Shown here: positions 37,920-48,793 of the stretch, piece after piece
Numbering within the stretch: position 1 is the stretch's first letter
Layout: the number at the start of each line of letters is the position of its first letter
NCBI GenBank assembly: GCA_963667725.2
Contig: CAXXHO010000003.1
Location: forward strand, 2,016,001 to 2,080,000
Length of the DNA: 64,000 nucleotides
Source: Treponemataceae bacterium
GTDB taxonomy: Bacteria; Spirochaetota; Spirochaetia; Treponematales; Rectinemataceae
Reading direction: 5' to 3'
The notes under the pieces: model-generated
The model's database searches: none
The model's input: the letters and a program-made list of their open reading frames with translations, nothing else
What the model was told of the DNA's origin: nothing
Translations under genes and position numbers: made by a program

Positions 37920-39242
37920 CTACAGGTTCCTGGCCTTGATATGGCCTTTTCGGACCAGCCCATCATGGTGATGCATCTTGAGCAGGCCTTCCACCTGGGA
38001 CATGGTGTCGAGATCGACGCCCACCAGGATCAGAAGCGAGGTACCTCCGAGAAGGTATGCCAGCTCGCTCGGGAACTTGAACAGCTGCTGGACCAGGCTC
38101 GGTATCAAGGCGATGAGCGCGAGATACAGCGAACCGGGCAGGATTATCCTGTTCAGTATCCTGGAAAGATACTCTTCCATCTTCTCGCTTCTGATGCCGG
38201 GAATGGAGCCGCCATTCTCGCGGATGTTCTTGGAGATTTCCTGGGGATTCAGCGAAACCTGCGTGTAGAAGTAAGCGAAGAAGATGATCAGCACAACGTA
38301 GAGGAGGTTGTACCAGAATCCGCTTGGCCTGAGCCAATAGGAGAAGTCCCTGAGCCACTTGGCCTGCACACCGAAACTCTGGGCGATCTGCAGGGGGAAT
38401 GTAAGAAGGCTCGACGCGAAAATTACTGGAATGACGCCAGACGGGTTGATTTTGAAGGGGATGTAGGTGTTCTGCGCACCGTACATCTTTCGTCCCACGA
38501 CACGTTTGGCGTAATTGACCGGAATCTTTCTCTGTCCCTGCTGTTCAAGAACAACGAGGGCCACGATGCCTACGAACATGATGAGGACGACGATTGCGTA
38601 GACCGCGTTGAGCTCACCGGCCTGGATCTTCTTTATGAGCTCGAAGCTGGCGTTAGGAAGCCTTGCGACGATGCCCGCGAAGATCAGGATCGAGATACCG
38701 TTGCCGATACCGCGCTTGGTGATCTGCTCGCCCATCCACACCAGGAACATCGTTCCCGTAGTCACCGTCAGAATAGCGATCAGCGTATAGGCCAGTCTGT
38801 TGGACATCACGATGGCGTCCGGTATTCTGTCGGCGTATACCGTACTGGAATAGCCTTGGATCGCGCACACCACGAGGGTGCCGATCTTGGTCCAGCGCGC
38901 TATTTTCTTGCGGCCGCCGTCTTCCTCGGCGATGTTCTTCATCTTCGGGAAGACGATGAGAAGGAGCTGAATGATAATCTGCGTACTGATATAGGGCATG
39001 ACTCCCATCATGAAGAGGGAGAAGTTCTTGAAAGCGCCGCCCGAGAAAAAGTCCAGATAATCAGTAATTCCGCTCGATCCTCCGGCCTGGCTGGCGAAGT
39101 AGGACTGAAGCGCGCTGGCATTGATGCCCGGAATGGGCAGGTAAGCGCCGAGTCGAAACACGAACAGCCAGAAAAGTGTGAATAGTATCCTATCCTTGAG
39201 TTCTTTTATCCGGAAAATGTCTGTAAGCGGGTTCCCTGCCAT
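37920..39242 (-). CDS. secY: Preprotein translocase subunit SecY
   Basis: GVMPYISTQII, GEQITKRGIGNG, GVIPVIFASS, GGTSLLI. Confidence 0.98.
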   Translation of the reverse strand: MAGNPLTDIFRIKELKDRILFTLFWLFVFRLGAYLPIPGINASALQSYFASQAGGSSGITDYLDFFSGGAFKNFSLFMMGVMPYISTQIIIQLLLIVFPKMKNIAEEDGGRKKIARWTKIGTLVVCAIQGYSSTVYADRIPDAIVMSNRLAYTLIAILTVTTGTMFLVWMGEQITKRGIGNGISILIFAGIVARLPNASFELIKKIQAGELNAVYAIVVLIMFVGIVALVVLEQQGQRKIPVNYAKRVVGRKMYGAQNTYIPFKINPSGVIPVIFASSLLTFPLQIAQSFGVQAKWLRDFSYWLRPSGFWYNLLYVVLIIFFAYFYTQVSLNPQEISKNIRENGGSIPGIRSEKMEEYLSRILNRIILPGSLYLALIALIPSLVQQLFKFPSELAYLLGGTSLLILVGVDLDTMSQVEGLLKMHHHDGLVRKGHIKARNL

Positions 39243-39266
39243 GCATTCCTGCCTTTACCGGAGCCT

Positions 39267-39740
39267 TCAGGCTTCCGTAGCCGAACCCATTGCGGTGGGT
39301 GTTTCGACTTTTCCGCCGGCCGCTTCGATTTTAGCTTTGGCACCGGCTGAGATGGCATCGACGCTTACGTTCAGCGCGATGGATATGCTTCCGTTGCCGA
39401 GCACTTTGATGAGCTGCTCGGGTTTCCTGATAAGGCCTTTCAGCAGAAGGGAAACGGCATCCACCGTCTCTCCCGTCTTGAATTTAAGGACCAGATCTTC
39501 GATATTGACGATCTGCCATTCCTTCCTGAAAGGATAATTGGAGAACCCGCGGTGAGGAAGCCGCCTATAGAGAGGCATCTGGCCGCCCTCGAAACCGGGA
39601 TAGGTCTTGCCGCCGGAGCGCGACTGCTGGCCTTTGTTGCCTCGTCCAGCCGTCGTTCCCCTGCCGGAACCCGTGCCTCGTCCAATGATTCTCTTCTTCT
39701 TGTTGGCACCTTCCGGCGCGTGGAGCAGATAATCGGACAT
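39267..39740 (-). CDS. rplO: 50S ribosomal protein L15
   Basis: GRGTGSGRG, FEGGQMPLYRRLP. Confidence 0.97.
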   Translation of the reverse strand: MSDYLLHAPEGANKKKRIIGRGTGSGRGTTAGRGNKGQQSRSGGKTYPGFEGGQMPLYRRLPHRGFSNYPFRKEWQIVNIEDLVLKFKTGETVDAVSLLLKGLIRKPEQLIKVLGNGSISIALNVSVDAISAGAKAKIEAAGGKVETPTAMGSATEA

Positions 39741-39922
39741 CACTCTACCTCCTTCGCCGAAACGAGATGGTGTACTGTGTTGACCATGCCGAGTATGGCA
39801 GGTGTCGCTTCCTTGATGGTCGAAGACCCGATCTTCCGCAGGCCGAGGGACCTAACGGTTGCCCTCATGACCGGCTTCTGATGGATGGTGCTTCGAACAA
39901 GGGTTATTTGTATCTTTGCCAT
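39740..39922 (-). CDS. rpmD: 50S ribosomal protein L30
   Basis: IQITLVRS, LGLRKI; position between rpsE and rplO. Confidence 0.95.
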   Translation of the reverse strand: MAKIQITLVRSTIHQKPVMRATVRSLGLRKIGSSTIKEATPAILGMVNTVHHLVSAKEVE

Positions 39923-39924
39923 GA

Positions 39925-40437
39925 TTAGCCCCACATATCCTTGAGCGATTTGCCGCGGTTTTTAGCCACGGTCTTCGCGTCCAGCAAGTTCTCCGCCCCG
40001 TTGAATACGGCACGGACGATGTTCATCGAGTTTCTGGAACCGATGCACTTGGAGATGACGTCGGTGTAACCCGCCGCTTCCATGATGGCGCGTACGGGAC
40101 CGCCAGCGATGACGCCCGAACCGGAAACCGCCGGCTTGATGAGCACTTCGGTCGCCTTGTACTTCCCAACGATCTCGTGGGGAAGCGTGCCGTTCTTGAC
40201 GGGCACATGGACGATGGCCCTCTTGGCCTTGTCGACCGACTTGCGGATAGCTTCCGTTACGTCGTTGGCCTTTCCGAAGCCGAAGCCCACATTGCCCTGG
40301 TGATCACCAACCACGGTGAGCGCCGAGAATGAGAAGCGCCTGCCGCCCTTGACGACTTTCGCCGTCCTGTTCAGCTGGACCAGCTTCTCCGTAAAATTAT
40401 CGCGTGGCTGCGAGTCTTCTCTTCTGTTTCTGTCCAC
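39925..40437 (-). CDS. rpsE: 30S ribosomal protein S5
   Basis: NRTAKVVKGGRRFSF, GVIAGG. Confidence 0.98.
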   Translation of the reverse strand: MDRNRREDSQPRDNFTEKLVQLNRTAKVVKGGRRFSFSALTVVGDHQGNVGFGFGKANDVTEAIRKSVDKAKRAIVHVPVKNGTLPHEIVGKYKATEVLIKPAVSGSGVIAGGPVRAIMEAAGYTDVISKCIGSRNSMNIVRAVFNGAENLLDAKTVAKNRGKSLKDMWG

Positions 40438-40446
40438 GGAAGCCCC

Positions 40447-40812
40447 CTAGAATGTAATCCCGGCTTTGCGGGCACCATCGGCGATCGCCTTGATAATCCC
40501 GTGATACTTGTAACCATTCCTGTCGAACACGACAGTCTTGATTCCTTTCTCAAGGAGCCTTTTGCCGATTTCCTCGCCCAGTTTGCCGGCGCCTTCGACG
40601 TTCCTCGCGATTTCCTTGAGGGACTTCTCGACGGTGGATGCGCATGCGATGGTGTTTCCGACGGAGTCGTCGATCACCTGCACGTACATGTGGACGTTCG
40701 ACTTGAACACGCTCATGCGCGGCCTTTCCGTTGTTCCGGAAATGGACTTCCGGACCGATACCTTGCGCTTCGCGCGCTTTCTCAATTTGTCGTCAAGTTC
40801 TTTTACGCTCAT
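40447..40812 (-). CDS. rplR: 50S ribosomal protein L18
   Basis: [21 protein letters not shown]. Confidence 0.97.
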   Translation of the reverse strand: MSVKELDDKLRKRAKRKVSVRKSISGTTERPRMSVFKSNVHMYVQVIDDSVGNTIACASTVEKSLKEIARNVEGAGKLGEEIGKRLLEKGIKTVVFDRNGYKYHGIIKAIADGARKAGITF

Positions 40813-40822
40813 TACCTGCGCC

Positions 40823-41365
40823 TCACTTCACACCGGTCTTTCCGACCTTCCTGCGAATCTTCTCGTCCTCGTACCTGATGCCCTTGCCTTTGTAAGGCTC
40901 AGGTCTCCTGAGGGACCTCACCTCGCTGGCAAACTTGCCAAGGAGAGCAAAGTCGGCGCCCGCAATGAGCACCTTCTGGCCGTTCGCCTCGATCGTCACG
41001 GAGAGTCCCTGGGGGATCATCACCATGAAATCGTTCGAATAGCCGAGGCTCATGACGAGGAAATTGCCCTGCACTTCGGCACGGTAGCCGACGCCGTTTA
41101 CGATCAGGGCTTTCTTGAAGCCCTGGGATACGCCAGTCACCATGTTGTTCAGGAGGCTGCGATAGAGTCCGTGGTAGGCTCCCGCCTGCTTGGATTCATG
41201 CAGCTTCTTGACAATGATGGCGCCATCCTCAACGACGATTTCGACTTCAGGAAGATACTCCTGAGAAAGTTTTCCCTTCGGCCCCTCTACCGTCACATTG
41301 GTGGGAGTAATATTGACTTTAACTCCCTGCGGTATCTGGACCGGCCGTATTCCGATTCTCGACAT
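40823..41365 (-). CDS. rplF: 50S ribosomal protein L6
   Basis: [25 protein letters not shown]. Confidence 0.98.
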   Translation of the reverse strand: MSRIGIRPVQIPQGVKVNITPTNVTVEGPKGKLSQEYLPEVEIVVEDGAIIVKKLHESKQAGAYHGLYRSLLNNMVTGVSQGFKKALIVNGVGYRAEVQGNFLVMSLGYSNDFMVMIPQGLSVTIEANGQKVLIAGADFALLGKFASEVRSLRRPEPYKGKGIRYEDEKIRRKVGKTGVK

Positions 41366-41381
41366 AGCTGTTCCCCTAGAA

Positions 41382-41780
41382 TTACCAGACCGTGCAGATA
41401 AGCTCACCGCCCATCTGCTTCTCGACGGCTTTCCTTCCGGTGATAATTCCGCCGGAAGTGGAAATTATCAGGGTGCCGTAACCGTTGAAAACACGTGGAA
41501 GTTCCTTGTACCCGGAATAGACTCGCCTGCCCGGCTTGGACACTTTGTTCATGCCGTGGAGAACGGGATCATTTCCTTCATCGTACTTGAGGAATATCCT
41601 GATAATGTTGTAGCCGTCAGCTTGAATCTTCTTGAAATTCTTTATATAGCCCTCAGTCTTGAGTATCTTGACGATTTCAAGCTTGAGTTTGGAGGCCATA
41701 ATATCGACCTTCTCATGACGGGCCGCACTTGCGTTGCGGATCTTTGTCAGCATGTCCGCGATGGGATCAGAAACGCTCAT
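41382..41780 (-). CDS. rpsH: 30S ribosomal protein S8
   Basis: [27 protein letters not shown]. Confidence 0.98.
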   Translation of the reverse strand: MSVSDPIADMLTKIRNASAARHEKVDIMASKLKLEIVKILKTEGYIKNFKKIQADGYNIIRIFLKYDEGNDPVLHGMNKVSKPGRRVYSGYKELPRVFNGYGTLIISTSGGIITGRKAVEKQMGGELICTVW

Positions 41781-41789
41781 CGCTACCTC

Positions 41790-41975
41790 CTACCAGCTCG
41801 ACTTCGTCACGCCCGGAATCTTGCCTTCGGAAGCAAGCTTCCTGAAGCAAATTCGGCACATGTCGAATTTTCTCATATAACCCCTCGCCCTTCCGCAGAT
41901 GTTGCAGCGTCGAACTAAACGGGTCATGTACTTCGGCTTTTTTTCAGCCTTAAGAATCATCGCCTTACGAGCCAT
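41790..41975 (-). CDS. rpsN: 30S ribosomal protein S14, type Z
   Basis: RCNICGR...[15 protein letters not shown]. Confidence 0.97.
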   Translation of the reverse strand: MARKAMILKAEKKPKYMTRLVRRCNICGRARGYMRKFDMCRICFRKLASEGKIPGVTKSSW

Positions 41976-41986
41976 GTACGCCTTCC

Positions 41987-42661
41987 TTACTTTCTGAAGG
42001 GCATGCCCAACATGCCGAGAAGGCTTTTCGCCTCCCTGTCGGTCTTCGCGGTCGTGACGATCGCGATATTGAGTCCCATCACCTTTTCGATCTTGTCAAA
42101 GTCGATCTCCGGGAAAATAATCTGCTCGTTGAGTCCGAGCGAATAGTTTCCATGGCCATCGAACGCGTTCGCATTGACACCCCTGAAGTCCTTAACGCGA
42201 GGAAGCGCGACATTCATGAGTCTGTCGAGGAATTCCCACATATAGGCGCCCCTGAGGGTAACGCGGCAGCCGATTTCCTGACCCTGCCTGATCTTGAAGT
42301 TCGCGATTGCCTTCCTGGCCTTCGTCTTCACGGCATGCTGGCCCGTGATGATTTCCAGATCGGCGACGGCGGCGTCGAGAATCTTCTTGTTCTCCTTCGC
42401 TTCGCCTACACCCATCGAGACGATTACCTTGACGACTCTCGGAACCTGCATGAAGGATTCATAGCCCATCTCCTTGAAGAGTTCGGGAGCTACCTTTTCC
42501 TTGTAGATCTTCTTGAGTCTGGGCGGGGTGGCTTTCTCGGTGGTCTTGGGCTCATCCTTGGCTTTGGGCTGGGCCTTCGCCTTGGCTTTGGCATCAGCCT
42601 TGGCTTTGCCTTCGGCCTTGGCCTTAGCTAAAGTTTCAGCCTTGTCTTTCTCTTCAGCCAT
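41987..42661 (-). CDS. rplE: 50S ribosomal protein L5 with Ala/Lys-rich N-terminal extension
   Basis: [24 protein letters not shown] 42661 overlaps the rplX stop and follows a GGAGG. Confidence 0.95.
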   Translation of the reverse strand: MAEEKDKAETLAKAKAEGKAKADAKAKAKAQPKAKDEPKTTEKATPPRLKKIYKEKVAPELFKEMGYESFMQVPRVVKVIVSMGVGEAKENKKILDAAVADLEIITGQHAVKTKARKAIANFKIRQGQEIGCRVTLRGAYMWEFLDRLMNVALPRVKDFRGVNANAFDGHGNYSLGLNEQIIFPEIDFDKIEKVMGLNIAIVTTAKTDREAKSLLGMLGMPFRK

Positions 42662-42978
42662 CAGAGCACCTCCCCGCATTTCCGGCACACCCTTTTCTTG
42701 GTGTCGCCGTCGATCTTGTATCCGATTTTCACGGGACCACACTTCTTGCAAACGATCATGACATTGGAAATGTCGATGGCCGCTTCGATCTCGGCGATGC
42801 CGCCGCGATCCTGCTGGTTCTTCTTCTTCATGGCTTTCTTGATCATGTTGAGACCGGCCACGATGACTCTTCCCTTTTCGCGGTCAATCTTCAGGATCTT
42901 GCCCTGCTTTCCCTTGTCCTTGCCGGTTATGACCTGGACAAGGTCCTCTTTCCGGAGCTTGTACTTAACGTCGGCCAT
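42661..42978 (-). CDS. rplX: 50S ribosomal protein L24
   Basis: KOW motif [14 protein letters not shown]-terminal CKKC...CRKC. Confidence 0.97.
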   Translation of the reverse strand: MADVKYKLRKEDLVQVITGKDKGKQGKILKIDREKGRVIVAGLNMIKKAMKKKNQQDRGGIAEIEAAIDISNVMIVCKKCGPVKIGYKIDGDTKKRVCRKCGEVL

Positions 42979-42987
42979 ATCCTCTCC

Positions 42988-43356
42988 TTACAGGACCTCG
43001 GGGGCCAGAGAAACGATTTTCATATAATCTTTTTCCCTGAGCTCTCGGGCAACCGGTCCGAAGATGCGTTTGCCTTTCGGATTTTTGTTCGCATCGATGA
43101 CCACGCAGGCGTTGTCGTCGAAACGAATATACGTACCATCAGGGCGCCTGTATTCTTTGTGCGTCCTTACTATTACCGCCTTCTCGATCGTGCCCTTCTT
43201 TATGGAAGAATTGGGGAGGGCAGATTTTACGGCCACGACGATGATGTCGCCGACTGAGGCGTACCTGCGACGCGTACCACCCAGCACTTTAATGCACTGG
43301 ACAGTCTTCGCGCCCGAGTTGTCGGCGACCGTGAGCATGCTTTCCACTTGAATCAT
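42988..43356 (-). CDS. rplN: 50S ribosomal protein L14
   Basis: [23 protein letters not shown]. Confidence 0.98.
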   Translation of the reverse strand: MIQVESMLTVADNSGAKTVQCIKVLGGTRRRYASVGDIIVVAVKSALPNSSIKKGTIEKAVIVRTHKEYRRPDGTYIRFDDNACVVIDANKNPKGKRIFGPVARELREKDYMKIVSLAPEVL

Positions 43357-43373
43357 ATATGTCTCCCGTTCGC

Positions 43374-43646
43374 CTATTTCGCCCGCTCGACGATTTCGAT
43401 CAATCTCCAGTGTTTGTCGCGGGAAAGGGGTCTGCACTCCTCAACCCTGACCATATCACCGATATGAGCTTCGTTCTTTTCGTCGTGCGCCTTCACCTTC
43501 TTGGACCTGGTCACGTACTTCTTGTACAGCGGGTGAAGCTTGCGCATCATGACTTCGACAACGATGGTTTTATCCATCTTGTCGGACTTCACGACACCCT
43601 GAAACACCAGCTTTCCTTTTTTCTCATTCTGAACGTCGGTATCCAC
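43374..43646 (-). CDS. rpsQ: 30S ribosomal protein S17
   Basis: SDKMDKT, HPLYKK, ECRPLS. Confidence 0.97.
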   Translation of the reverse strand: MDTDVQNEKKGKLVFQGVVKSDKMDKTIVVEVMMRKLHPLYKKYVTRSKKVKAHDEKNEAHIGDMVRVEECRPLSRDKHWRLIEIVERAK

Positions 43647-43664
43647 GATATTCTCCTCGGGCCC

Positions 43665-43874
43665 TTACGCCTGTTCGCCGACAGCGGGTGTGCGCTTCGC
43701 CTGGTTAATGAGGGTCTCCACGCGCGCTATCTGGCGGCGGAGATTCCTCTTTGCGAGCGGGTTTTCGACATGTCCCACCACCATCTGGAAGCGGAGGTCG
43801 AAATACTTCTTCCTGAGATCCTCGCGCTTGGCGAGAAGCTCCTCGAATTTCAGCTCTTTAAACGAATTTTTCAT
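43665..43874 (-). CDS. rpmC: 50S ribosomal protein L29
   Basis: FDLRFQ, RRQIARVET. Confidence 0.95.
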   Translation of the reverse strand: MKNSFKELKFEELLAKREDLRKKYFDLRFQMVVGHVENPLAKRNLRRQIARVETLINQAKRTPAVGEQA

Positions 43875-43878
43875 CGTC

Positions 43879-44295
43879 TTACTCCGTTTCCGCGCGCATG
43901 GCAAATCTGGTCTTGACCGGAAGCTTAGATCCGGCAAGCCTCATCGCTTCTTCGGCGATTTTGGGCTCTACGCCGGAAAGTTCAAAAAGAACGGTTCCCG
44001 GGCGAACGACCGCGACCCAGTATTCCGGTCCCGGCTTTCCTTTTCCCATACGGGTTTCCAAGGGGTGCTTGGAAAATGGCTTGTCCGGGAAAATCCTTAC
44101 CCAGAGCTTGCCGCCCCTCTTGATGTAGCGGTTCAAAGCGACACGGGCCGCTTCGATCTGCCTGTTGGTGAGCCATTCGGGCTCGAGGCAGATAAGGCCG
44201 TATTCGCCAAACGCTATGGTGTTACCGCGCTGCGCGTTTCCATTCACTCTTCCGCGCTGCTGCTTTCTGTATTTTACTCTCTTGGGTAAAAGCAT
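43879..44295 (-). CDS. rplP: 50S ribosomal protein L16
   Basis: [24 protein letters not shown]. Confidence 0.98.
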   Translation of the reverse strand: MLLPKRVKYRKQQRGRVNGNAQRGNTIAFGEYGLICLEPEWLTNRQIEAARVALNRYIKRGGKLWVRIFPDKPFSKHPLETRMGKGKPGPEYWVAVVRPGTVLFELSGVEPKIAEEAMRLAGSKLPVKTRFAMRAETE

Positions 44296-44298
44296 ACC

Positions 44299-45102
44299 TT
44301 AGCTCCTTGCCCTATCGTCAGTTCTGGGAGCATCGCCGCGGGGAGCAGCGGGGCGCCGCGGTCGGCGATCTCCGCCTTCCCTTCTCTCGCCCCTCGGTTC
44401 CGCCGAAGCGCCGGCCGGTTCTCTCCTGGCTTTGCGCGCAAGCATGCCGGCATCTTCGTTCTTGTCGGCTGAGTACACCATGCCCTGATAGATCCAGACC
44501 TTCACGCCAATCTTGCCGAAGGTGGTCTGCGATTCCGCAAAACCATAGTCGATGTCGGCGCGGAGGGTGTGGAGTGGAATGCGCCCTTCCTTGAGTTCCT
44601 CAGTCCTGGACATGTCCGCGCCGCCCAAGCGGCCGGAAACGCGGATCTTGCAGCCCTGGGCTCCGCCCTTGATCGCGTTGGAGATGGACATCTTGAGCGC
44701 CTTGCGGAAGGAGCCGCGTCCCTCGAGCTGGCGGGCGATGTTCTGCGCGACGATCTGTGCGTTCGTATCGGTTTTCTTGATTTCCTTGATCTTTATCTGA
44801 ACCTTTTTGGAGGCGATCTTCTGGATCTCGAGTCCGATTCTTTCTATGTTCGCGCCCTTGATGCCAATAAGCACACCAGGTCTCGCGGTATGAATAATGA
44901 CGGTAATGCGCTGCGGATGGCGAATGATCTCGATTTCGGCCACGTCGGCGCCCTTTACCTCGGGCAGTTCAAGAATGCGCTTGCGGATATGAAGATCCTC
45001 ATGGAGGGTCTTGGCATAATCGCGCGGCTCAACATACCACCTGGAACTCCAGTCTTTGTTGATTCCGATGCGCAGTCCGATTGGATTTACTTTATTGCCC
45101 AC
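44299..45102 (-). CDS. rpsC: 30S ribosomal protein S3
   Basis: [22 protein letters not shown]; Arg-rich tail. Confidence 0.98.
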   Translation of the reverse strand: MGNKVNPIGLRIGINKDWSSRWYVEPRDYAKTLHEDLHIRKRILELPEVKGADVAEIEIIRHPQRITVIIHTARPGVLIGIKGANIERIGLEIQKIASKKVQIKIKEIKKTDTNAQIVAQNIARQLEGRGSFRKALKMSISNAIKGGAQGCKIRVSGRLGGADMSRTEELKEGRIPLHTLRADIDYGFAESQTTFGKIGVKVWIYQGMVYSADKNEDAGMLARKARREPAGASAEPRGERREGGDRRPRRPAAPRGDAPRTDDRARS

Positions 45103-45103
45103 C

Positions 45104-45469
45104 TTACGCCTCCGACTTCTTGCCGATTTCTTCGACTACGCAGGTAATATGGCACATCCTCTTGATGAGCATATCAGCCCTGCCGCGAGCGCGGAACCAA
45201 ACCCTGCGCATCTTCGGACCTTCGTCGATCCTCAGCTCCTTGACGTAAAGCATGTCTTCGCCGAGCTTGCGGTTTTTGTTGAGCGCGTTGGACGCAGCAG
45301 ATACCATAACTTTCTTGATGAGCCTGGCGCCCTTCTGCGGCATATTGTCGAGAATGGCTATGGCATCGGTGTAGGGCTTCTCCCTTATAAGATCCGCCAC
45401 TGGGCGAATCTTGAAAGGCGATCCCATGAGCCATTTTGCCGTCGCTCGGTAACCGGTCTTTTCAATCAT
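45104..45469 (-). CDS. rplV: 50S ribosomal protein L22
   Basis: [22 protein letters not shown]. Confidence 0.96.
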   Translation of the reverse strand: MIEKTGYRATAKWLMGSPFKIRPVADLIREKPYTDAIAILDNMPQKGARLIKKVMVSAASNALNKNRKLGEDMLYVKELRIDEGPKMRRVWFRARGRADMLIKRMCHITCVVEEIGKKSEA

Positions 45470-45479
45470 GGTCACACCC

Positions 45480-45761
45480 CTATTTCTTCTCGGCTTTTTT
45501 GTCGCTTCCCGCATGACCGCGGAAAATCCTGGTGGGAGCGAACTCGCCGAGCTTGTGACCGACCAGGTTCTCGGTCACATAGACCGGGACCCACGTCTTG
45601 CCGTTATATACTGAGATTGTCTGTCCGACCATTTCAGGAATGATCGTCGAAGTCCTGGAGTAGGTCTTCACCATTTTCTTGTCTCCGGACTTGCTTCCCT
45701 CAGTCACTTTCTTGTACAGGCTCTTCTCGATGAAGGGCCCCTTCTTTACGGACCTTGACAC
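45480..45761 (-). CDS. rpsS: 30S ribosomal protein S19
   Basis: GTG start, [20 protein letters not shown]. Confidence 0.97.
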   Translation of the reverse strand: MSRSVKKGPFIEKSLYKKVTEGSKSGDKKMVKTYSRTSTIIPEMVGQTISVYNGKTWVPVYVTENLVGHKLGEFAPTRIFRGHAGSDKKAEKK

Positions 45762-45774
45762 GAGTGTGCTCCTC

Positions 45775-46605
45775 TTACTTGCGGCGCTTCGTGATGAAGC
45801 GGCCAGACGGCTTGTGCGTATCGCGCGTCTTGTAACCTTTCGCCGGCTGTCCCCATGGAGACACAGGCTGCTTGAATCCCTTACCACGACCCTCACCACC
45901 GCCATGCGGGTGATCGACAGGGTTCATGACCGTACCGCGGACCGTGGGCCTGATGCCCCTCCACCTGTTACGGCCGGCCTTGCCGACGCGCTCGTTCATG
46001 TGCTCTTCGTTGCCGACGGTTCCGATGGTGGCGATGCATTTCTTGAACACCATGCGAAGCTCGCCGGAAGGCAGCCTGAGGACGATATAATCGCCTTCGA
46101 CACCTGCCAGAAGAGCGTTGGCTCCGGCTGAACGGGCAAGCTGCCCGCCCTTGCCGAGGGTGAGCTCGACGTTATGCACCGTGAAGCCCAACGGGATGTT
46201 CTCCAAAGGAAGCGCGTTGCCTACCTCTAGAGCGGCCGTCGGGCCGGACATGATCTTCTGTCCGACCTTGAGTCCTTTCGGGCTGATGATGTAGCGCTTC
46301 TCGCCGTCCGCATAGACAACGAGGGCGATGTTGGAGCTTCGGTTGGGATCATACTCGATGCCGGAGACGGTGCCGGGGATTCCAAACTTGTCGCGTTTGA
46401 AATCGATGACCCTGTACTTCTGCTTATGACCGCCGCCCTGATGTCGAACGGAGATGCGCCCGTTTGAAGCGCGTCCGCCCCTGCTCGACTTACCCTTGGT
46501 AAGGGATTTTTCGGGATTGCTCCGATTCTCGGTAATTTCTTCGTTCGTCACCTGTACCCGGTGACGCAGACCCGGCGTTAAGGGTCTGAAAGTCTTAATA
46601 CCCAT
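45775..46605 (-). CDS. rplB: 50S ribosomal protein L2
   Basis: [20 protein letters not shown]. Confidence 0.99.
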   Translation of the reverse strand: MGIKTFRPLTPGLRHRVQVTNEEITENRSNPEKSLTKGKSSRGGRASNGRISVRHQGGGHKQKYRVIDFKRDKFGIPGTVSGIEYDPNRSSNIALVVYADGEKRYIISPKGLKVGQKIMSGPTAALEVGNALPLENIPLGFTVHNVELTLGKGGQLARSAGANALLAGVEGDYIVLRLPSGELRMVFKKCIATIGTVGNEEHMNERVGKAGRNRWRGIRPTVRGTVMNPVDHPHGGGEGRGKGFKQPVSPWGQPAKGYKTRDTHKPSGRFITKRRK

Positions 46606-46622
46606 ATATTCCCCTTACTTCC

Positions 46623-46907
46623 TTACGCGCCTTCAAAAACACGGATCGTCTCGCCCTTCTGGAGCCTGACGATCGCTTTTTTCCATTCGGCGGTGTTTCC
46701 GGGCCGACCCCTGAGACGCTTCGGCTTGGAAGCGACATTGATGATGTTGCAGCTGACGGGATTGACCTTGAAGATCCTCCGCACGGCTTCCATCACCATG
46801 AGCTTGTCGGCTCGCGAATCTACCTTGAAAACATACTGGCCAGTCTCACGCATGAGATTGCTCTTTTCGGAGAGCACCGGCTCGATCAAAATCGACTCAT
46901 ATACCAT
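46623..46907 (-). CDS. rplW: 50S ribosomal protein L23
   Basis: PVLSEKS, WKKAIVRL. Confidence 0.96.
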   Translation of the reverse strand: MVYESILIEPVLSEKSNLMRETGQYVFKVDSRADKLMVMEAVRRIFKVNPVSCNIINVASKPKRLRGRPGNTAEWKKAIVRLQKGETIRVFEGA

Positions 46908-46922
46908 TTTCGGTGCTCCTTA

Positions 46923-47555
46923 TCAGTTCGCGTAGAACTCGTTGAGCTGCTTCGCGGCCGACTCCAGAACCACGATTTTTCTTCCATAGAAAATATCGTG
47001 CGCTCTAAGCCTGTTGAACGAGAGGTAACTCAGCCACGGGATGTTCCGCGCGGCTCTCTTGAGCATGGGATCATCATCCTTGAGGATGATGACCGTTCTC
47101 TGGGGAGCCTTGGCATCCACGAAGGGCGAGAGCGCCTTGATGAGATCCTTGGTTCTTCCCGACTCGACGGTGAAATCTTCGACTACCGCCAGAGTGCCGT
47201 CCTGGGCTTTCATGCTGAGAATCGTCTTCATCGCCAGGCGCTTCGCCTTGCGGGGCATCATGTAGGAGAAGTCGCGCGGCTTGGGGCCGAACGAGATACC
47301 GCCGCCCACGTACACGTTGGATTTCGTGTCGCCGTGGCGGGCGCGTCCGGTGCCTTTCTGGCTGTAAGGCCTTCTGTTGGTACCGTGAACTTCGCTCCTG
47401 TCCTTGGTGCTTGCCGTTCCGAGCCTCATGTTGGCGAGCTCGTTGTTGATGGCGTAATAGATTACATCTTCATTGATGGGAAGCCCGAAGACGGCTTCGG
47501 AAAGCTCAAGAGTCCTGAGCTCCTTCCCCTCGGTGGAAACAACTTTACTTTCCAT
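46923..47555 (-). CDS. rplD: 50S ribosomal protein L4
   Basis: [17 protein letters not shown]. Confidence 0.97.
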   Translation of the reverse strand: MESKVVSTEGKELRTLELSEAVFGLPINEDVIYYAINNELANMRLGTASTKDRSEVHGTNRRPYSQKGTGRARHGDTKSNVYVGGGISFGPKPRDFSYMMPRKAKRLAMKTILSMKAQDGTLAVVEDFTVESGRTKDLIKALSPFVDAKAPQRTVIILKDDDPMLKRAARNIPWLSYLSFNRLRAHDIFYGRKIVVLESAAKQLNEFYAN

Positions 47556-47569
47556 TGGGTCCTCCGCCT

Positions 47570-48193
47570 TCAGTTCTTCTTGATCGCTTTACGAACAAGA
47601 ACATCGCAATTGCGCGGGCCCGGAAGAGCACCGCGTACCAAAACAAAACCTTTCTCGGCGTCGACACGGACAACCCTGAGGTTCAAGACCGTCACGCGCT
47701 CGCGTCCCATCCTTCCCGGGAGCTTGATATTCTTGAAGCTCTTGTGGGGGTAGGTACTCTGGCCGGTGGAACCCGGCTCTCTGTGGAACTTGGATCCGTG
47801 AGTGCTGCGGCCGCCGGCGAAATTCCAGCGCTTCATGACGCCCTGAAATCCCTTACCTTTGGAAGTGGCCGTTACGTCGACATAGCGGATGCCTTCGAGA
47901 AGGGCCACATCCAGCTTTTCGCCGACCTGCACGTCTTTCTCGAAATCGCGCATCTCGCGAAGAATCCTGGTGGGAGCGATGCCTTCGGCGAACTGTCCGC
48001 CGTAGGGCTTCGTGACCCTCGTCTTCTTCTTCTCATAGACGCCGACGACGATCGCGTCGTAGCCATCCTTGTCGGTGGTTTTCTTTCCAACGACGACGTT
48101 GGGCACGACCTGCACGACCGTTACAGGAATAAGTTTCCCCGTATCGTCGAACACCTGGGTCATCCCAAGCTTTTTACCGATTATTCCGATCAT
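47570..48193 (-). CDS. rplC: 50S ribosomal protein L3
   Basis: GKKLGMTQVF, SKGKGFQGVMKR, HREPGSTG. Confidence 0.98.
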   Translation of the reverse strand: MIGIIGKKLGMTQVFDDTGKLIPVTVVQVVPNVVVGKKTTDKDGYDAIVVGVYEKKKTRVTKPYGGQFAEGIAPTRILREMRDFEKDVQVGEKLDVALLEGIRYVDVTATSKGKGFQGVMKRWNFAGGRSTHGSKFHREPGSTGQSTYPHKSFKNIKLPGRMGRERVTVLNLRVVRVDAEKGFVLVRGALPGPRNCDVLVRKAIKKN

Positions 48194-48262
48194 TCGGTTC
48201 TCCTGCGTTGAACGCGGCCGGCACTAAGCCGGGCGTTTCGGCATTTCAGCGAGCGAATTCGC

Positions 48263-48568
48263 TCACTGTTTGATCTCGACATCCACACCCGCGGGAAGTT
48301 CAAGCTTCATCAGGGCGTCCATGACTTCGGGAGTGGGTTCCAGAATGTCGATCAGGCGCTTGTGCGTCCTCATCTCAAACTGCTCCCTGCTCTTCTTGTG
48401 CACATGCGGCGATCTCAGCACGGTATACTTACTGATTTTCGTCGGAAGGGGAATTGGGCCCGAAACGCGCGCGCCGGCGCCCTGGACCGTCTTCACGATA
48501 CCGCTCGCGCTGTCATCGACAAGGCGCACATCGAAGCCTCTCAGCCTTACACGGATTCTGTCTTTCAT
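48263..48568 (-). CDS. rpsJ: 30S ribosomal protein S10
   Basis: [34 protein letters not shown]. Confidence 0.98.
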   Translation of the reverse strand: MKDRIRVRLRGFDVRLVDDSASGIVKTVQGAGARVSGPIPLPTKISKYTVLRSPHVHKKSREQFEMRTHKRLIDILEPTPEVMDALMKLELPAGVDVEIKQ

Positions 48569-48588
48569 GTGTCCTCCAAAGATCTCTT

Positions 48589-48784
48589 GCACATACGATT
48601 CCGGGCCGTACCCTGGCGGGCGCGCTCGATTCTATGTGCGGCGAGGCACAAGAGCCTCGCTGACCGCGGGTTTTCAGCCCACACGGTCAAAATTCCCGCT
48701 CGCGGAAAAACATCACGCGAGCAGGTTATTATCGCAGAATACAAATGGGCTGTCCAGTACCCAAAGGGGAAGGACAGCCCATTT
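48589..48784 (-). promoter_or_regulatory. Structured tuf-rpsJ intergenic region (five hairpins), putative S10-operon leader
   Basis: Inverted repeats 48743-55/48772-84, 48698-704/48716-22, 48661-66/48684-89, 48641-47/48654-60, 48589-95/48633-39. Confidence 0.45.
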
Positions 48785-48793
48785 AAAGACTAA

